A model generated the notes under the pieces. It saw nothing but the letters and a program-made list of their open reading frames with translations, did not search any database and was not told the DNA's origin. From Oligoflexales bacterium (GTDB taxonomy: Bacteria; Bdellovibrionota_B; Oligoflexia; Oligoflexales; CAIYRB01), in assembly GCA_041736175.1 (NCBI GenBank), contig JBGSUI010000248.1, positions 1 through 18,229 on the forward strand: a stretch of 18,229 nucleotides of DNA. Reading direction: 5' to 3'. Every line of letters starts with the position of its first letter. The first letter of the stretch is position 1. The translations under genes were made by a program, and so were the position numbers. Below, in pieces: positions 16,262 through 18,229 of the stretch.

Positions 16262-16294
16262 GCCTTGACAAGCTTTGTTGTCAAGGCTTAATAT
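16262..16294 (+). promoter_or_regulatory. Promoter/operator of the BrnT-like operon
   Basis: TTGACA (16265-16270), 18 bp, TAATAT (16289-16294). A perfect inverted repeat GCCTTGACAA-N6-TTGTCAAGGC (16262-16287) covers the -35. Confidence 0.6.
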
Positions 16295-16326
16295 AGTGTA
16301 AGCCACTATCCTATTAAGAGATCTAA

Positions 16327-16671
16327 ATGGCGCAATTTGAATTTTCTCAGTGGCTATTCGACTGGATTTTCTCTGTAAAAACATTTTATTTTGAGTGGGA
16401 TGTTGGAAATCAAACGAAATCCAAGACTAAACATGAAGTGGAAACTGTAGAGTCTGAGGAAGTTTTCTCTGATGATAATTTAGTTCCACTAGGAATACAA
16501 ATTCAACCTGAAGTCGCTGAACCACGATTTGCGGTCATTGGACAGACTAAAAGCGGCAGGATTCTACATGTTGTTTTTGCCCTGAGGATTGAAAAGATCA
16601 GGATTATTTCTGCCCGACCAGCCCATAAAAAAGAGAGGTTTTTCTATGAAAAAGCATTACGTCAAGAATAA
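16327..16671 (+). CDS. BrnT-family toxin (DUF497)
   Basis: 'FEWDVGNQTKSKTKHEV...ESEEVF', 'EPRFAVIGQT..GRILHVVF.LR..KIRIISARPAHKKER..YE'. Confidence 0.9.
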   Translation: MAQFEFSQWLFDWIFSVKTFYFEWDVGNQTKSKTKHEVETVESEEVFSDDNLVPLGIQIQPEVAEPRFAVIGQTKSGRILHVVFALRIEKIRIISARPAHKKERFFYEKALRQE

Positions 16672-16888
16672 CGATACCTATGATAAAACATCACAATTTG
16701 ATGAAAAAAAGTTGGAGGACGCATTAAAGCGCAGCAAGAAAAAGCGAAAAATACCTACATCTATAGCTCTTGATCCGGATCTCGTTGTTGAAATAAAGTC
16801 TGCTGCAGAACAACAGGGAGTTCCTTACCAAGTTCTATTGAGAATGTTTATAATAGATGGTTTTAAACGTTGGAAGAAGGCTGGTTAG
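16646..16888 (+). CDS. BrnA/CopG-like ribbon-helix-helix antitoxin
   Basis: C-terminal 'PTSIALDPDLV.EIK..AEQQGVPYQVLLRMFI'. The start is placed at ATG 16646 after GAGAGG and overlaps brnT. Confidence 0.8.
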   Translation: MKKHYVKNNDTYDKTSQFDEKKLEDALKRSKKKRKIPTSIALDPDLVVEIKSAAEQQGVPYQVLLRMFIIDGFKRWKKAG

Positions 16889-17207
16889 GTAAAGTGGACC
16901 CCATGGCCTGATCTGTGAGATTCTATAAAACCGGCCAATAGCAAGGCCCTTATTTGAACAGCCCTATCGCGCAATCCCGTTCCTTTAGGTGCGGGTCAAG
17001 CGAGACATGGTGAGCCAAAACCTCATGGTTTTGGTGAGCTATTCATTGGTCCGCCTCCTACTGGCTGTAAAAAAGCGTTAACAGAAGCGCTGGGGAGGAA
17101 CTACCCGAAAAGGTCACCCCCTTGATTCCTACCTCTGCATTGATATAACCTTTCGTACTGGAGTCAATCATTCTGGTACCCCCCTTAATATATCTTCACC
17201 CATACTG

Positions 17208-17236
17208 TTGACTAGTTTTGTCCCACTGTGTACCTT
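17208..17236 (+). promoter_or_regulatory. Putative sigma70 promoter for tnpB
   Basis: TTGACT (17208-17213), 17 bp, TACCTT (17231-17236), 26 nt before the ATG. Confidence 0.5.
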
Positions 17237-17262
17237 ACTGCCCAGATACGAGGCACGCCAAA

Positions 17263-18229
17263 ATGTTAATGGGCATTAAACTCAGAGCAAACCCAACAGC
17301 ACACCAAAAACTGGTCTTAAGCCAGTGGATGGGATGTGCAAGATTTATTTGGAATGCCAAGTGCAGCGAAGATAAATACCTCTCGACTTTTGCTCGAAAA
17401 TATATGCCTTTGGGCACCTATGCGCCGATCGATCAAAAATATTCTCAATATAAAGATGACGTCCTTTCTCCTTGGCTTAGGGACTGTCCCAGCCAGATTT
17501 TGAGAAACTCCGCTGTAAATTGGTTTCAAACCTATCAAAGGTTTCTCAAAGGGGAATGCGGCAAACCTAGGGTTAAGAAAAAATCCAGTGGTGGCAGCAT
17601 CCACCTCACCAGCGAGATTTTTGAGTTTAGAAAAGGCGACGATGGGGTCTTGAGGCTTTTTATTGGTTCAAAGACCAACAATATTGATTTTCTAGCCGTC
17701 AAATTTCATGGCACTTTCAACCTTCCTAAGTCTCTTTACATAACCAGGAAAAATGGTATCTATTGGGTCTCTTTCTGCTATGAAGATCAACTCGATGATT
17801 CTCAATATAAGACGGACCAAGATCATCTAAAATATCTTCAAGGAGCAACCGAAGAGTTTCTTGAGTCCCATACGGTCGGCATCGACCGAGGGGTGGTGAG
17901 ACCTATCCAAGCAGGAGATCAAGTCTTTGATTTCACCCCCGAACAGAAGAAAAGAAAAAAAATCAAAGAGCACAAGATCAGGAGATATCAGAGACGTCTC
18001 GCCCGCCAGAAAAAAGGCTCAAAACGTCGGGGAAAGACCAAAAACAAACTAGGTCGGTGTCACGAAAAAATAGCCAATATTAGTAAAGATTTTTGCCATA
18101 AGGCTAGCCACGAAATCGTGTCTAATCCAGAGATTAAAATCATTGTGCTAGAAGATCTTAAGACTAAGAATATGACTGCCTCACCCAAGGCCAAGCAAAA
18201 TGTTAATGGCAAGTGGGAAAAAAATGGAG
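17263..18229 (+). CDS. tnpB: RNA-guided endonuclease TnpB (3'-truncated; absent from the ORF track)
   Basis: Manual translation gives an open frame to the window end (322 codons). It begins MLMGIKLRANPTAHQKLVLSQWMGCARFIWN (HTH) and includes 'GKPRVKKK', RuvC-I VGIDRG (D at 17884), 'YQRRLARQKKGSKRR', 'DFCHKASHEIV' and RuvC-II IVLEDL (E at 18151). Confidence 0.93.
   Translation, partial: MLMGIKLRANPTAHQKLVLSQWMGCARFIWNAKCSEDKYLSTFARKYMPLGTYAPIDQKYSQYKDDVLSPWLRDCPSQILRNSAVNWFQTYQRFLKGECGKPRVKKKSSGGSIHLTSEIFEFRKGDDGVLRLFIGSKTNNIDFLAVKFHGTFNLPKSLYITRKNGIYWVSFCYEDQLDDSQYKTDQDHLKYLQGATEEFLESHTVGIDRGVVRPIQAGDQVFDFTPEQKKRKKIKEHKIRRYQRRLARQKKGSKRRGKTKNKLGRCHEKIANISKDFCHKASHEIVSNPEIKIIVLEDLKTKNMTASPKAKQNVNGKWEKNG

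Larger units (their letters stand above)
16960..18229 (+). mobile_element. IS200/IS605-family element without tnpA (IS1341-like), right part outside the window
   Basis: A hairpin typical of IS200/IS605 ends, CCCGTTCC-TTTA-GGTGCGGG (16976-16995), is followed by TCAA. A second hairpin CCAAAACC-TCAT-GGTTTTGG lies at 17015-17034, then tnpB. The left boundary is approximate. Confidence 0.65.

Noticed and set aside
17058..17171. 37-codon minus-strand ORF (MIDSSTKGYINAEVG...) inside the IS left region as a tnpA remnant
   Set aside because: It has no HUH or catalytic Tyr motif and no other resemblance to Y1 transposases, and is too short to support.
17263..18229. Cas12f/type V CRISPR effector
   Set aside because: No array or cas1/cas2 is in view. 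The N-terminal HTH and end hairpin fit IS200/IS605 TnpB. The downstream side is not visible.

Overview
The window holds a complete, co-oriented purine-catabolism operon (2747-15304, + strand). Its genes are HIU hydrolase (uraH), the cytochrome-c-type urate oxidase PuuD, an NCS2 xanthine/urate permease, a 1574-aa multidomain protein, a single-chain XdhA-XdhB xanthine dehydrogenase and xdhC. The 1574-aa protein is the main result. It fuses malate synthase, OHCU decarboxylase, a beta-lactamase-family serine hydrolase (SxxK) and a two-repeat allantoicase. The operon has no recognisable allantoinase (AllB or PuuE) and no ureidoglycolate lyase. The serine hydrolase lies between the domain that makes allantoin and the domain that consumes allantoate, so it is a candidate for a new allantoinase class (inference). 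The operon leader is structured and hides the SD and ATG of the first gene, which makes it a candidate riboswitch-like element. The flanks are accessory DNA. The left flank has a partial HNH gene, a DUF4160/DUF2442 toxin-antitoxin pair and an AAA_14/DUF4143 ATPase with a 49-bp palindrome on its start. The right flank has a Phd-like antitoxin with a frameshifted ParE/RelE-like toxin, a BrnT/BrnA-like pair and a tnpA-less IS200/IS605 (tnpB) element that runs off the window end. All family calls come from recognising motifs by eye; no searches were run.
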